Below are positions 38,406 to 49,097 of a DNA stretch of 64,000 nt, piece after piece. The notes under the pieces are model-generated. The model was given only the letters and a program-made list of their open reading frames with translations. It was not told the origin of the DNA and searched no databases. The position numbers and the translations under genes are program-made. Positions within the stretch are counted from its first letter, which is position 1; each line of letters starts with the position of its first letter. Source of the DNA: Rhodoferax sp. (GTDB lineage Bacteria; Pseudomonadota; Gammaproteobacteria; Burkholderiales; Burkholderiaceae_C); NCBI GenBank assembly GCA_044373655.1, contig JBILPS010000004.1:6902-70901 (forward strand). Reading direction: 5' to 3'.

Positions 38406-39665
38406 TTATTCGGCATCCTGCGGCAAGGCACGCGGATCCATTTGCAGAGCCGCTTGGGAGCTGGCGTCCATCATCACGTAGTCGGAGCGCGGCGCGGCCG
38501 TCTCGATGTGCAGACTTTGGCCCAACATAAAGTAGCGCACCGTGCCCGCCAGCGCCAGCAGCACCAGCGCAAAGTACAGCATCAGGCTCTCGGGGCCCAG
38601 GTAGTCCATCATGCCGCCAGCCATGGTCGGACCCAGGGTGGCGCCTATGCCGTAGAGCAGCAGCAGGCCGCCGGTGGTTTCCAATACTTTGGAAGGCTCG
38701 ATCAAGTCATTGGTGTGCGCCACGCTCAGGCCGTAAATCGAAAACGAAAGCGCGCCGTACAAAATACCCAATATCACCAGCAGGTTTTCATATTCGCGGG
38801 CCAGGTAAAAACCCACGGCAGCGAGCAAGCCAGAGATCAGGCAAACCCAGACCAGCATCCAGCGCCGGTCGTAACGGTCGGACAAATGCCCCACCGGGTA
38901 CTGAAATGCGGCGCCGCTCAAAATCGTGGCGGCCATAAAGGTCGCGGTGTGGCTGTCGCTAAAGCCCACGCCCGCACCAAACACATTGCCCAGGCTGTAA
39001 AAAGTGCCGCTGATCAAACCCGAGCCCATGGAGGCGATGGCGCCAATCGGCGAAATGGCGAACAAGTGCACCAGGCTCATGGACGGTGCATGGGCTTGCT
39101 TGGGTTCGCGGATGGTCGTCATGGTGGTGGGCACCAGGGCGAAGGAAAACAAAATGGAGACAAAAGCAAAAGGCACAAAGCCGAAGCGGTCGCCCGCCAG
39201 AATCAGCCACTGTCCCAGCGCAGTAGACACGCCGGTGACCGCCATATAGGCCGCAAACACCTTGCCCCGGCTTTCACGTCCGGCCACCACATTGAGCCAG
39301 CTCTCAATCACCATATACAGCCCCACAATGCACAGCCCCGTGATAAAGCGCAGCAAGCCCCAGAACCAGGGGTTGGTCCACAAAGCATGCAGCACCGGCA
39401 GGGCCGAGGCCACCGAGGCCATGACGGCAAAAGCACGGATATAGCCCACACGCCGAATCAGGCCTGGGCAGGCATAGGTGCCATAGACAAAACCGGCGAA
39501 ATAGGCCGACATAATCATGCCAGTGACCAGGCCCGAATACTTGGCCAGACCGGCCTGCGCGCCAATCGCCACGGTCAGTAGCGCAATGCCTACGACCAAC
39601 AAACTGACGCCCGACAGCAGGGACGCCAAGGGTAGCGTTAGCGGGGAAAAACGAGGGAGTTGCAT
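38406..39665 (-). CDS. MFS transporter (YcaD-like)
   Basis: About 12 hydrophobic segments; IESWLN, GHLSDRYDRR MFS motif; start re-called at MQLPRF. Confidence 0.88.
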   Translation of the reverse strand: MQLPRFSPLTLPLASLLSGVSLLVVGIALLTVAIGAQAGLAKYSGLVTGMIMSAYFAGFVYGTYACPGLIRRVGYIRAFAVMASVASALPVLHALWTNPWFWGLLRFITGLCIVGLYMVIESWLNVVAGRESRGKVFAAYMAVTGVSTALGQWLILAGDRFGFVPFAFVSILFSFALVPTTMTTIREPKQAHAPSMSLVHLFAISPIGAIASMGSGLISGTFYSLGNVFGAGVGFSDSHTATFMAATILSGAAFQYPVGHLSDRYDRRWMLVWVCLISGLLAAVGFYLAREYENLLVILGILYGALSFSIYGLSVAHTNDLIEPSKVLETTGGLLLLYGIGATLGPTMAGGMMDYLGPESLMLYFALVLLALAGTVRYFMLGQSLHIETAAPRSDYVMMDASSQAALQMDPRALPQDAE

Positions 39666-39743
39666 AGAAAAACGAGGGCAGGCGATCGCAAGACAGCGAA
39701 GCCTCGATGGTGACACAGCCGTGCAAGGCCCAGCCCCCAAAAG

Positions 39744-39839
39744 GCGACGTATTGCGCACTCAGCGGGACAATTCCTTCGATTGGCGTAGCGAAAAAGGGG
39801 CAAGGCGCAGCAGGTCGCTTTTGGCTGAAAATGCGTCGC
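39744..39839. promoter_or_regulatory. Two outward-pointing tandem half-site pairs with 21-bp spacing (AraC/GlxA-type operators)
   Basis: Plus strand GGTCGC (39813) and CGTCGC (39834); minus strand TGTCCC (39770-39765) and CGTCGC (39749-39744). Confidence 0.5.
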
Positions 39840-39898
39840 ACCTTTAGCACCCCGGTGCAAACAGTCGCCCTACAGTGGCATTTAGACGGAAACCCTGC

Positions 39899-40642
39899 AT
39901 GCACCCACAAGCCCTGCTGACCCCTGAGCGCATCGACTTGGCCGCTGCCTTTCGCTGGGCCGCGCGCTGGGATATGCATGAGTCCATCGCCAACCACTTC
40001 AGCCTGGCAGTCTCCGAAGGCGGCAAGCAGTTTTTACTCAACCCGGTGGGCAGCCATTTTTCGCGCATCCGCGCCAGCGATCTGCTGCTGCTTGATGCAG
40101 ACCACAGTGGCGAGGACATCGCCGCCCTGGGCGCCGACCCCACCGCCTGGAACCTGCACGCCACGCTGCACCAGCGCCTGCCGCAAGCGCGCTGCATCTT
40201 GCACACCCACATGCCCTATGCCACCGCGCTGTGCTGCCTACAAGATTTTGAATGGCTGGCGCTGGACCAAAACGCCTGCCGCTTTTACGGCCGCATCGCC
40301 TATGACCGGCATTACGCGGGAATGGCTTTAGACGCATCGGAAGGCGAACGCGTGGCCGCCCTGCTGCAAGACGGCAAAAACGTGCTCTTTCTGGGCAACC
40401 ACGGCGTGATCGTCATGGGCCCGAGCGTGGCGCAGGCCCTGGACGAACTCTATTACCTGGAAAAAGCCGCCAAAGTGCAGGTGCTGGCCCTGTCCACCGG
40501 CCGGCCGCTGGCTCTGATACCGGACGCGGTGGCGCGCCAGGCCTGCGCCCAATGGAACGATTACCCTAGCGACTCCTGCGCCCTGCACTTGCAGGCGCTC
40601 AAAGCCATCCTTGACCTCGAAGAAACGGACTACGCACTATGA
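39899..40642 (+). CDS. Class II aldolase/adducin-family metalloenzyme
   Basis: [39 protein letters not shown] metal-binding His motifs; start re-called at 39899. Confidence 0.88.
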   Translation: MHPQALLTPERIDLAAAFRWAARWDMHESIANHFSLAVSEGGKQFLLNPVGSHFSRIRASDLLLLDADHSGEDIAALGADPTAWNLHATLHQRLPQARCILHTHMPYATALCCLQDFEWLALDQNACRFYGRIAYDRHYAGMALDASEGERVAALLQDGKNVLFLGNHGVIVMGPSVAQALDELYYLEKAAKVQVLALSTGRPLALIPDAVARQACAQWNDYPSDSCALHLQALKAILDLEETDYAL

Positions 40643-41526
40643 ACCCCAACGTCATCATCACCTGCGCCCTGACGGGAGCGGGCGACACCGTCGGCAAACA
40701 CCCGGCTATCCCTGTCACGCCCACCCAGATCGCGGCAGCGGCGGTAGAGGCGGCTAAGGCCGGCGCCACCGTGGTGCACTGCCATGTGCGCAACCCCGAG
40801 AACGGCAAATTCAGCCGCGACCCGGCGCTGTATGCCGAGGTGATGGACCGCATCCGCGATTCGGGTGTCGATGTCATCGTCAACCTGACGGCGGGCATGG
40901 GTGGCGACCTGGAAATCGGCCCCGGCGAGCACCCGACGCAGTTTGGCCCCAACACCGACCTGATTGGGCCCATGGCGCGCCTGATCCATGTGGAGCAATT
41001 GCTGCCCGAAATTTGCACCCTGGACTGCGGCACGCTCAACTTCGGCGATGGCGACACGATTTATGTCTCCACCCCGGTCGCCCTGCGCGCGGGCGCAAAG
41101 CGCATTACCGAGTTAGGCGTGAAAGCCGAACTCGAAATCTTTGACACCGGCCACCTCTGGTTTGCCAAGCAAATGATCAAAGAAGGCCTGTTGGAGAACC
41201 CGCTGTTCCAACTGTGCCTGGGCATTCCCTGGGGTGCACCGGCCGATACCACCACCATGAAAGCCATGGTGGACAACCTGCCGCCGGGCGTGGTGTGGTC
41301 AGCGTTTGGTATTGGTCGCTCGCAAATGCCGATGCTGGCGCAGTCGGTGATTTTGGGTGGCAATGTGCGTGTCGGCCTGGAAGACAACCTCTGGCTGGAC
41401 AAAGGCGTGCCCGCCAGCAATGGCTCGCTCACCGAGCGGGCGGTGGAAATCATCACCCGCCTGGGCGGCAAGCCCATGACACCGGCCGAAGGCCGCGTGG
41501 CCATGGGCCTGAAAAAGCGCGGATAA
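40639..41526 (+). CDS. cdhC: Beta-keto acid cleavage enzyme (BKACE/DUF849), 3-dehydrocarnitine cleavage type
   Basis: [44 protein letters not shown]; immediately upstream of carnitine dehydrogenase. Confidence 0.87.
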   Translation: MNPNVIITCALTGAGDTVGKHPAIPVTPTQIAAAAVEAAKAGATVVHCHVRNPENGKFSRDPALYAEVMDRIRDSGVDVIVNLTAGMGGDLEIGPGEHPTQFGPNTDLIGPMARLIHVEQLLPEICTLDCGTLNFGDGDTIYVSTPVALRAGAKRITELGVKAELEIFDTGHLWFAKQMIKEGLLENPLFQLCLGIPWGAPADTTTMKAMVDNLPPGVVWSAFGIGRSQMPMLAQSVILGGNVRVGLEDNLWLDKGVPASNGSLTERAVEIITRLGGKPMTPAEGRVAMGLKKRG

Positions 41527-41539
41527 ACCAAGGAAAACT

Positions 41540-42505
41540 ATGTCGTTTGTTACTGAAATCAAGACTTTTGCTGCGCTAGGCACCGGCGTGATTGGCAGCG
41601 GTTGGGTGGCGCGCGCGCTGGCCCACGGCCTGGACGTGATCGCCTGGGACCCGGCCCCCGGCGCCGAAGCGGCGCTGCGCGAGCGCACCGCCAAAGCCTG
41701 GGGGGCGCTGACGGCGCAAGGCCTGGCACCGGGCGCTTCGCAGTCGCGCCTGAAGTTTGTCGCCACCGTAGAGGAATGTGTGGCGCAGGCCGACTTCATC
41801 CAAGAAAGCGCGCCCGAGCGCCAAGACTTGAAGCTGGCGCTGCATGCACAAATCACCGCCGCCGCGCGCCCCGATGTGCTGATTGGCTCGAGCACCTCGG
41901 GCCTCTTGCCCAGCGATTTTTATGCCGATGCAAAGCACCCCGAGCGCTGCGTCGTGGGCCACCCGTTTAACCCGGTGTATTTGCTGCCTTTGGTGGAAGT
42001 AGTGGGCGGCGTCAACACGGCGCCCGAGGCGATACAAGCGGCCATGCAGGTGTACCGGTCTTTGAGCATGCGCCCCTTGCATGTGCGCAAAGAGGTGCCC
42101 GGCTTTATCGCCGACCGCCTGTTAGAGGCCATGTGGCGCGAGTCGCTGCACCTGGTCAACGACGGCGTGGCCACCACCGGCGAAATTGACGACGCCATCC
42201 GCTTTGGCGCCGGTATGCGCTGGTCGTTTATGGGCAGTTTTTTGATTTATACGCTGGCCGGTGGCGACGCGGGTATGCGCCACTTTATGGCGCAGTTCGG
42301 CCCGGCGCTCAAACTGCCCTGGACCAAGCTGGAGGCGCCCGAGCTCACCGACAGCTTGCTCGACGCGGTGGCCGACGGTAGCGAAGTGCAACTCGACGGG
42401 CGCAGCATCGCCGACTGGGAGCGTTACCGCGACGATTGCCTGATGGCGGTGCAAGCGGCCATTAAAGCCACCAAACTCAAACACGGTATCGCGCCCGATG
42501 CCTGA
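41540..42505 (+). CDS. cdhA: L-carnitine 3-dehydrogenase
   Basis: [68 protein letters not shown]. Confidence 0.92.
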   Translation: MSFVTEIKTFAALGTGVIGSGWVARALAHGLDVIAWDPAPGAEAALRERTAKAWGALTAQGLAPGASQSRLKFVATVEECVAQADFIQESAPERQDLKLALHAQITAAARPDVLIGSSTSGLLPSDFYADAKHPERCVVGHPFNPVYLLPLVEVVGGVNTAPEAIQAAMQVYRSLSMRPLHVRKEVPGFIADRLLEAMWRESLHLVNDGVATTGEIDDAIRFGAGMRWSFMGSFLIYTLAGGDAGMRHFMAQFGPALKLPWTKLEAPELTDSLLDAVADGSEVQLDGRSIADWERYRDDCLMAVQAAIKATKLKHGIAPDA

Positions 42506-42983
42506 GACCTTGCTCACCTTCGAAACCCCGGTCATCAGCGACTGGGTGGACTTCAACGGCCATTTGCGCGATGGCTTTTACATGGTCTTGTTCAGCTACG
42601 GTGTCGATGGCCTGATGGACCAGATCGGCCTGGACGCCGCCGGGCGCCAAGCCACCGGGCACTCTTTCTTTACGCTGGAAGCGCACGTGAATTTTTTGCA
42701 CGAGGTCAAGCTCGGGGCCCAAGTGCAGGTCTATTGCCAGGTACTCGGCCATGACGCCAAACGCCTGCATGTCGGCCTGGCCTTGCACATCAAAGGCAAT
42801 TCCACTGTGATGGCCTACAGCGAGCAAATGCTGCTGAACGTGGACATGGACGGGCCGCGTGCCAGCCCCTTTGCCCCAACCGTGGCGGCGCGGGTGCAGA
42901 TGCTGGCCACCGCGCAGCGCAGCCTGCCGCGACCGTCCTACGTGGGGCGGGTGATCAGCCTGCCTGCGGCCAAAGCCGCCTAG
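42498..42983 (+). CDS. cdhB: Hotdog-fold thioesterase (betainyl-CoA thioesterase, CdhB-like)
   Basis: [36 protein letters not shown]; overlaps the cdhA stop. Confidence 0.85.
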   Translation: MPETLLTFETPVISDWVDFNGHLRDGFYMVLFSYGVDGLMDQIGLDAAGRQATGHSFFTLEAHVNFLHEVKLGAQVQVYCQVLGHDAKRLHVGLALHIKGNSTVMAYSEQMLLNVDMDGPRASPFAPTVAARVQMLATAQRSLPRPSYVGRVISLPAAKAA

Positions 42984-42986
42984 GCC

Positions 42987-44081
42987 ATGGCCGCAGCCGC
43001 CCTGCTCCCGGAGCGCATGCACGGCGTGCTGTTGACCGGCTTTGGCGGCCCCGAGCAATTGCAGTACCGCGAGGACTTGCCCGTGCCGCTGCCGCGCGCA
43101 GGGGAAGTGCTGATCCGGGTGGCGGCCAGTTCGGTGAACAACACCGACATCAATACCCGCGTCGGCTGGTACTCCAAAACCGTGGGCGGGCCGACGCAGC
43201 ACGCCTCGGTGGGCTTTGATGCCGACAATGACTCAGCGCCTTCTTGGGGTGGCGCGGCCTTGCAGTTTCCACGCATCCAAGGCGCCGATTGCTGCGGGCA
43301 CATCGTGGCCGTGGGCACGGGCGTGGACAGCGCACGCATTGGCCAGCGCGTGCTGGTGCGCCCGGTGCTGCGCAAGGCCGGTGCCGCCAGCTACGACTTT
43401 GACTACTTCGGCTCGGAATGCGACGGCGCTTTTGCGCAATACACACGCGTGGCCGCCAGCGCCGCCATGGCAGTGCAAAGCACATTAAGCGATGCCGAAC
43501 TGGCCTGCCTGCCCTGCGCCTGTTCCACCGCCGAGAACCTGCTGACACGTGCCGGCGTAAAAGCGGGCGAGCGCGTACTGATTACCGGCGCCTCCGGTGG
43601 CGTGGGCAGTGCGGCAGTGCAACTGGCCCACTTGCGCGGTGCGCAGGTGATTGCGCAGGCCGATAGCAGCAAACACGCCGTCCTGAACACGATTGGCGCA
43701 AAGCACACCCTGGCCCGCGACGCCGATGCGCTGCAGGCCCTGGGCAAAGACAGCGTAGCCGTGGTGATCGACTTGGTGGGCGGGCCGGCCTGGCCATCGC
43801 TCTTAGAGGTGCTGCAACGCGGCGGGCGCTACGCCACAGCCGGGGCCATCGCCGGCCCCTTGGTGACTTTGGATTTGCGCACGCTCTATCTCAAAGATTT
43901 ACAACTGCTGGGCTGCACCTGGCAGGAGGATGCGGTGTTTGAACAATTGCTTGGCTATGTGGAGCGCGGCCAACTGACACCCCTCTTGGCGCGCACTTAC
44001 GATTTACGCGACATGGCGCAAGCGCAGGCCGAGTTTGTGGCCAAGCGCTTTGTGGGCAAGATCGCAATCAAGATTCCTTAA
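42987..44081 (+). CDS. MDR-superfamily oxidoreductase (alcohol dehydrogenase/quinone reductase-like)
   Basis: SVNNTD, IQGADCCG, ITGASGGVGSAAVQLA, RFVGKIAI. Confidence 0.85.
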   Translation: MAAAALLPERMHGVLLTGFGGPEQLQYREDLPVPLPRAGEVLIRVAASSVNNTDINTRVGWYSKTVGGPTQHASVGFDADNDSAPSWGGAALQFPRIQGADCCGHIVAVGTGVDSARIGQRVLVRPVLRKAGAASYDFDYFGSECDGAFAQYTRVAASAAMAVQSTLSDAELACLPCACSTAENLLTRAGVKAGERVLITGASGGVGSAAVQLAHLRGAQVIAQADSSKHAVLNTIGAKHTLARDADALQALGKDSVAVVIDLVGGPAWPSLLEVLQRGGRYATAGAIAGPLVTLDLRTLYLKDLQLLGCTWQEDAVFEQLLGYVERGQLTPLLARTYDLRDMAQAQAEFVAKRFVGKIAIKIP

Positions 44082-44138
44082 GCGCAGCTTGGCCCCAGCC
44101 ATGTTTGTCATTGACCACACCCCGTAAGGACTCGCACC

Positions 44139-44699
44139 ATGTCCAGCCCCCCCAAACGCCTGAGTACGCCGCTAGAAGGAACCCCCGCCAAGGCCTGGGA
44201 CGCTAGCGCCGCGATTACAGCGCCCCTGTGTTTGCACCAGCCCCATGTCCTAGCTGAATGGGTGGACTACAACGGGCATATGAGCGAGTCCTGCTTTTTG
44301 CTGGTGTTTGGCGACAACTCGGATGCGTATTTCCGCTTTATCGGCATTGACGAAAGCTACCGCGATCTGGACAAGAAATCTTTTTACACCGTGCAAACCC
44401 ATATTCACAATATCCGCGAAGTGGCCGAAGGGGAGCCTTTGCGCCTGACGCTGCAGGTGCTAGACATGGACGACAAGCGCATGCATATTTTTCATGCGAT
44501 GGTCCACGGCACAGACGGCTATTTAATAGCCACCGGCGAGCAAATGCTGGTGCATGTGGATATGGCGCAAGGCCGCGCGGCACCCATGCCTGATGCGCTG
44601 CACCAGCGCGTTGCCGCTGTGCACCGCGCGCACAGTGCCCTTCCCCGCCCCGCGCAGGCCGGACAGCCACTGGGCATACGGCGCAAGACGCTCACTTAA
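44139..44699 (+). CDS. Second hotdog-fold thioesterase, similar to the C-terminal domain of fused carnitine dehydrogenases
   Basis: EWVDYNGHMSES, SFYTVQTHI, ATGEQMLVHVD. Confidence 0.8.
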   Translation: MSSPPKRLSTPLEGTPAKAWDASAAITAPLCLHQPHVLAEWVDYNGHMSESCFLLVFGDNSDAYFRFIGIDESYRDLDKKSFYTVQTHIHNIREVAEGEPLRLTLQVLDMDDKRMHIFHAMVHGTDGYLIATGEQMLVHVDMAQGRAAPMPDALHQRVAAVHRAHSALPRPAQAGQPLGIRRKTLT

Positions 44700-44762
44700 G
44701 CGCGTACCGCAGCCACTTTTTTTACCTACTCAAACACCTCTACCCCCGCGAAAAGGCCCCCC

Positions 44763-45935
44763 ATGCAATTTGCCCTGAGCCATGAACAAACCATGATCGT
44801 GGATACCGTCCGCGCCTTTGTGGAAAACGAGCTGTACCCGCACGAAGACCTGGTAGAGCGCACCGATGCCATACCGGCGGAGCTGGTGCAGTCCATCCAG
44901 GCCAAAGCCATTGAAGTGGGTTTGTACGCAGCCAATATGCCCGCTGAATTAGGCGGCGGCGGGCTGGACAATTTCACCGTGGCGCTGCTCGAACGCGAGC
45001 TGGGGCGTGCATCGTACGGACTGCAGATGCTGGTAGCGCGGCCCAGCAATATTTTGCGTGCCTGCCAGGGTGCGCAGATTGAGGAATACCTGCTGCCCAC
45101 GATACGCGGCGAGCGCCACGATTGCCTGGCCATGACCGAGCCCAATGCCGGCTCCGACGTGCGCGGCATGCAAACCCGCGCCAGCCGTGACGGCAGCGGC
45201 GAAAACGCCGACTACCTGATCAACGGCACCAAGCACTTCATCAGCCACGCCGATATGAGCGACTTTGTGGTGCTGTTTGCCGCCACCGGCGTAGAAGACA
45301 CCAGCCACGGGCCGAAGAAAAAAATCACCGGTTTTCTGGTGGACCTGAACTCGCCTGGCCTGACGGTGCGGCGCGGTCCGGCGTGTGTGTCCCACCGGGG
45401 CTACCACCAGTGCGAATTGTTTTTTACCGACTGCCGCGTACCCGCCTACAAGCGCTTGGGCGAGGAAGGCCGGGGCTTTGATTTGATGGGCGAATGGCTG
45501 GGCGCCACGCGCCTGACGGTGGCCGCCACCAGCGTAGGGCGCGGTCAGCGTGTCATGGAAATGGCCACGCAGTGGGCCGCCACACGCAAGCAATTTGGCC
45601 AGGCGATTGGCAAGTTTCAGGGTACGGGTTTCAAGCTGGCCGACATGGCCACCGAGCTGGCCGCCGCCGAGTTACTGACCTTGCAAGCGGCCTGGAAATG
45701 CGACCAGGGCACCATGAGCGATTCGGACGCGGCCATGGCCAAGCTGTTTGCATCGGAAGCGCTGGCGCGGGTGACCGATAACGCGCTGCAAATTTTTGGT
45801 GGCATGGGGCTGATGGACCAATTGCCCATAGAACGCTTCTGGCGCGATGCGCGGGTGGAGCGCATTTGGGACGGCACCAGCGAAATCCAACGCCACATTA
45901 TTTCGCGCGCCATGTTGCGCGTGCATGGCGGTTAA
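44763..45935 (+). CDS. Acyl-CoA dehydrogenase (candidate gamma-butyrobetainyl-CoA dehydrogenase)
   Basis: AMTEPNAGSD, NGTKHFIS, RKQFGQAIGKFQG, RVERIWDGTSEIQR. Confidence 0.9.
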   Translation: MQFALSHEQTMIVDTVRAFVENELYPHEDLVERTDAIPAELVQSIQAKAIEVGLYAANMPAELGGGGLDNFTVALLERELGRASYGLQMLVARPSNILRACQGAQIEEYLLPTIRGERHDCLAMTEPNAGSDVRGMQTRASRDGSGENADYLINGTKHFISHADMSDFVVLFAATGVEDTSHGPKKKITGFLVDLNSPGLTVRRGPACVSHRGYHQCELFFTDCRVPAYKRLGEEGRGFDLMGEWLGATRLTVAATSVGRGQRVMEMATQWAATRKQFGQAIGKFQGTGFKLADMATELAAAELLTLQAAWKCDQGTMSDSDAAMAKLFASEALARVTDNALQIFGGMGLMDQLPIERFWRDARVERIWDGTSEIQRHIISRAMLRVHGG

Positions 45936-45937
45936 GC

Positions 45938-48085
45938 ATGGCCACGGTGGCCGAGTCCAAAGCACTGCGGCGTTTGTTTTCGCCGCGCCATATTGCGGTG
46001 TTTGGTGGCGCATCGGCCCAAGAGGTGGTGCGCCAGTGCCAAGCCCTGGGCTTTGACGGGCCCATTTGGCCGGTGCACCCCACTCGCAAAGCGATGGAAG
46101 GCCTGGCCTGCTTTGCCAGTGTGCACGACCTGCCCGAGGCGCCAGATGCCAGCTTTGTGGCGGTTCCGCGCCAGGCCACGGTGGACATCGTTCGCCAGTT
46201 AGCAGCGCGCGGCGCCGGTGGGGCGATTTGCTATGCCTCGGGCTTTGCCGAGGTCGGCGGCGATGGCGTCGCGTTGCAAGCCCAATTGGTGCAGGCGGCG
46301 GGCGGCATGGCGCTGATCGGCCCTAATTGCTACGGCATGCTCAATTACCTGGACGGCGTGGCCCTGTGGCCGGACCAGCACGGCGGCCAGCGCCAAAGCC
46401 AGGGCGTGGCACTGATCACCCAAAGCGGCAATATCGGCCTGAACCTGACCATGCAAACCCGTGGCCTGCCACTCGCCTACCTGATAACCGTGGGCAACAA
46501 AGCGGGCAACAGCATGGAGAGCCTGGTCGAGAGCCTGCTGTCAGACCCGCGGGTGACGGTGATAGGCCTGCATATTGAAGGCCTGGACGATGTGGCCGCG
46601 TTTTCCCGCGTGGCCCTGAAAGCCTTGCGACAGGGCGTGCCGCTGGTCGCTTTGAAAGCCGGTTCCTCCATGCTGGGCGCGCAAACCGCCATGAGCCACA
46701 CCAGTTCGCTGGCCGGACCGGACGCGCTGTACGACGCCTTGTTTGCCCGCTGCGGCATCGCCCGGGTGCGCGACCCGGCGGGCCTGATCGAGACCTGCAA
46801 GTTTTTGCATGTGCACGGACCGCTGGCGGGCAAGCGCATTATTTCGGCCAGTTGCTCGGGCGGCGAAGCCTCGCTGGTGGCCGACCTGGCACAGCCACGC
46901 GGCCTGGAGATGCCAGCCATACCCCCCGCCGCCGACCTGCGCCTGCGCGCCGTACTGGGCGATAAAGTGAGCGTGGCCAACCCACTGGACTACCACACCT
47001 ATATCTGGGGCGATCTGGCCGCGCAGACCGAATGCTTTGCCGGCCTGATGGATTGCGGTTTTGACGCCACCCTCCTGGTGCTGGACTACCCGCGCCTGGA
47101 CCGCTGCAGCGCCGACAGCTGGGGCACGACGGTAGATGCTTTTGCGGCGGCGGCAAGCAGCGGGGGCCACGGCGCCACGGTGGTCGCCTCCCTGCCCGAG
47201 GACTTGCCAGAGCACTACGCCCACTCGCTCATGGCCCAAGGCATAGCCCCCATGCACGGAATTCCCGATTGCCTGGATGCAATTGCGCATGCAGCGCGTA
47301 TAGGCGCGGCGCGTGCCCGTTCTTCGGAATTGCATCCGCTAACAGACTTGGTACCGCTGGTTTGGCAGGCCACCAACGCGCTGGTTGCTGCAGCAGCTGC
47401 GCCTGCGGCGCCAAACCAGGCAGCAAGCGCAACTCCTTCGCACACGCTGGACGAAGCTGCGGGCAAACAGGCCTTGGCGGCTTTCGGCCTGCCGGTGCCA
47501 CGCGGCTTGCTAGTCAGCGCCGCAGAGGCGCCGAATGTCGCCGATAGCCTGGGCTACCCGGTGGTGGTCAAAGCGGTTTCGGCGCAGCTGGCCCATAAAA
47601 CCGAGGCCGGCGGTGTGCAACTCAGCGTGCAAAACGCCGAGGGCGTACGCGCTGCCGTAGCGCGTATGGCCGCGCTGTCTGACCGCTTTCTGGTCGAGCA
47701 AATGGCCACGCAGGTGGTAGCCGAAATTATTGTCGGCGTGCAGCGCGATGCGCAGTTTGGGCTCTCGCTCACGCTGGGCGCAGGCGGAATTTTGGTGGAA
47801 TTGCTCCAAGACGTGCAAACGCTCTTGTTCCCCGTGGCCCGAGCGGATGTGCAAAGCGCGCTGCGCGGACTCAAAGCCTGGCCACTATTGGCCGGCTTTC
47901 GGGGCAAGGCGGCGGGTGATGTAGAGGCACTGGTCGATGGCGTGCTGGCCGTTGCCGCCTATGCCCAGGCCAATGCGCACAGACTGCTGGAGCTGGATGT
48001 AAACCCCGTTTTGGTAATGCCCGAGGGCCAGGGCGTGCTGGCCGTCGACGCCTTGATTCGTTTAGCTGGAGAAGCCCATGGCTGA
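45938..48085 (+). CDS. ADP-forming acyl-CoA synthetase (fused CoA-binding and ATP-grasp domains)
   Basis: [47 protein letters not shown]; start re-called at 45938. Confidence 0.9.
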   Translation: MATVAESKALRRLFSPRHIAVFGGASAQEVVRQCQALGFDGPIWPVHPTRKAMEGLACFASVHDLPEAPDASFVAVPRQATVDIVRQLAARGAGGAICYASGFAEVGGDGVALQAQLVQAAGGMALIGPNCYGMLNYLDGVALWPDQHGGQRQSQGVALITQSGNIGLNLTMQTRGLPLAYLITVGNKAGNSMESLVESLLSDPRVTVIGLHIEGLDDVAAFSRVALKALRQGVPLVALKAGSSMLGAQTAMSHTSSLAGPDALYDALFARCGIARVRDPAGLIETCKFLHVHGPLAGKRIISASCSGGEASLVADLAQPRGLEMPAIPPAADLRLRAVLGDKVSVANPLDYHTYIWGDLAAQTECFAGLMDCGFDATLLVLDYPRLDRCSADSWGTTVDAFAAAASSGGHGATVVASLPEDLPEHYAHSLMAQGIAPMHGIPDCLDAIAHAARIGAARARSSELHPLTDLVPLVWQATNALVAAAAAPAAPNQAASATPSHTLDEAAGKQALAAFGLPVPRGLLVSAAEAPNVADSLGYPVVVKAVSAQLAHKTEAGGVQLSVQNAEGVRAAVARMAALSDRFLVEQMATQVVAEIIVGVQRDAQFGLSLTLGAGGILVELLQDVQTLLFPVARADVQSALRGLKAWPLLAGFRGKAAGDVEALVDGVLAVAAYAQANAHRLLELDVNPVLVMPEGQGVLAVDALIRLAGEAHG

Positions 48086-48860
48086 AGCCGTCACCTGCAT
48101 GGCCCAAGGCGGCGTGCTCACCATCACCCTGGACAGGCCCAAAGCCAATGCCATCAATGTGGCTACCAGTCTGGCGCTCTACGCCGCATTTCAGCAACTG
48201 CGGGACGATCCCGCGCTGCGCGTGGGCATCATTACCGGCACCGGACGCTTTTTCTCAGCGGGCTGGGACCTGGCCGGCGCCACCGAGGGCGAGGCCATAG
48301 ACGCCGACCACGGACCAGGCGGCTTTGCCGGACTGACCGAGTTTTTTGGTCTGGGCAAACCGGTCATCGCGGCAGTCAACGGTCTGGCCATGGGCGGCGG
48401 CTTTGAGTTGGCGCTGGCCGCCGACCTGATCGTGGCCAGTGAAAACGCTGAATTTGCGCTGACCGAGGTCAAACTAGGCATGGTGGCCGACTCGGGCGGC
48501 GTGCTGCGCCTGCCTCAGCGCCTGCCGCGCGCGATCGCGCTGGAATTGCTGCTGACCGGGCGGCGCATGGGCGCTGCCGAGGCGGCGCGCTGGGGGCTGG
48601 TGAACCAGGTGGTGGCGCCCGATGCTTTGATGGACGCTGCCAGCGCCCTGGCACAGCAAATCGTGCAAGCGGCACCGCTGGCGGTCGGCGCGGTGATGGA
48701 AATTGTGAAAGCCACGGCGGGCATGCCGATACCGCAGGCCTACCAGCAGCTGCGAGGGGGCGCTTTGCCGGTGTACCAGGCCATGCTGCGCTCCGAGGAT
48801 GCCGCCGAAGGCCCAATTGCTTTTGGAGAAAAGCGCCCTGCGCGTTGGGTCGGGCGTTAG
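48078..48860 (+). CDS. caiD: Carnitinyl-CoA dehydratase / crotonobetainyl-CoA hydratase (crotonase family)
   Basis: [45 protein letters not shown]. Confidence 0.82.
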   Translation: MAEAVTCMAQGGVLTITLDRPKANAINVATSLALYAAFQQLRDDPALRVGIITGTGRFFSAGWDLAGATEGEAIDADHGPGGFAGLTEFFGLGKPVIAAVNGLAMGGGFELALAADLIVASENAEFALTEVKLGMVADSGGVLRLPQRLPRAIALELLLTGRRMGAAEAARWGLVNQVVAPDALMDAASALAQQIVQAAPLAVGAVMEIVKATAGMPIPQAYQQLRGGALPVYQAMLRSEDAAEGPIAFGEKRPARWVGR

Positions 48861-49097
48861 GCACCATGCTGGTGCAACTGCGCCCAGGGGCTCAATTTCA
48901 GGAATTGTCTAAGCGGCCTTAGATTGGCAAAAACCTAGGGAATATGCCCATGGCTTTGGCTGGAGCGGGGCCACTTATTGGATTACTATGCCTGCGGAGC
49001 GCAAAGCTTATTGCACTTCGACTCCGCGTGGCCCGTATCGTTTGGCTGGCCGGCGGAGACCTGTTTATAAATCTGCTTGGACTGGAGAACTTCAAAA

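Noticed and set aside
38220-39581. 453-aa plus-strand ORF
   Set aside because: It is the antisense shadow of the well-supported MFS gene; long shadow ORFs are expected in GC-rich DNA. The same applies to 49179-50162, 52899-53744, 54530-55534, 25497-26486, 36681-37589 and 58389-59420.
47340-47450. Ala/Pro-rich stretch in the ADP-forming ligase (also the Ser/Thr-rich stretch in boxA at about 25740-25870) as insertions or inteins
   Set aside because: Both are in-frame low-complexity linkers at domain boundaries with no intein or repeat signatures.
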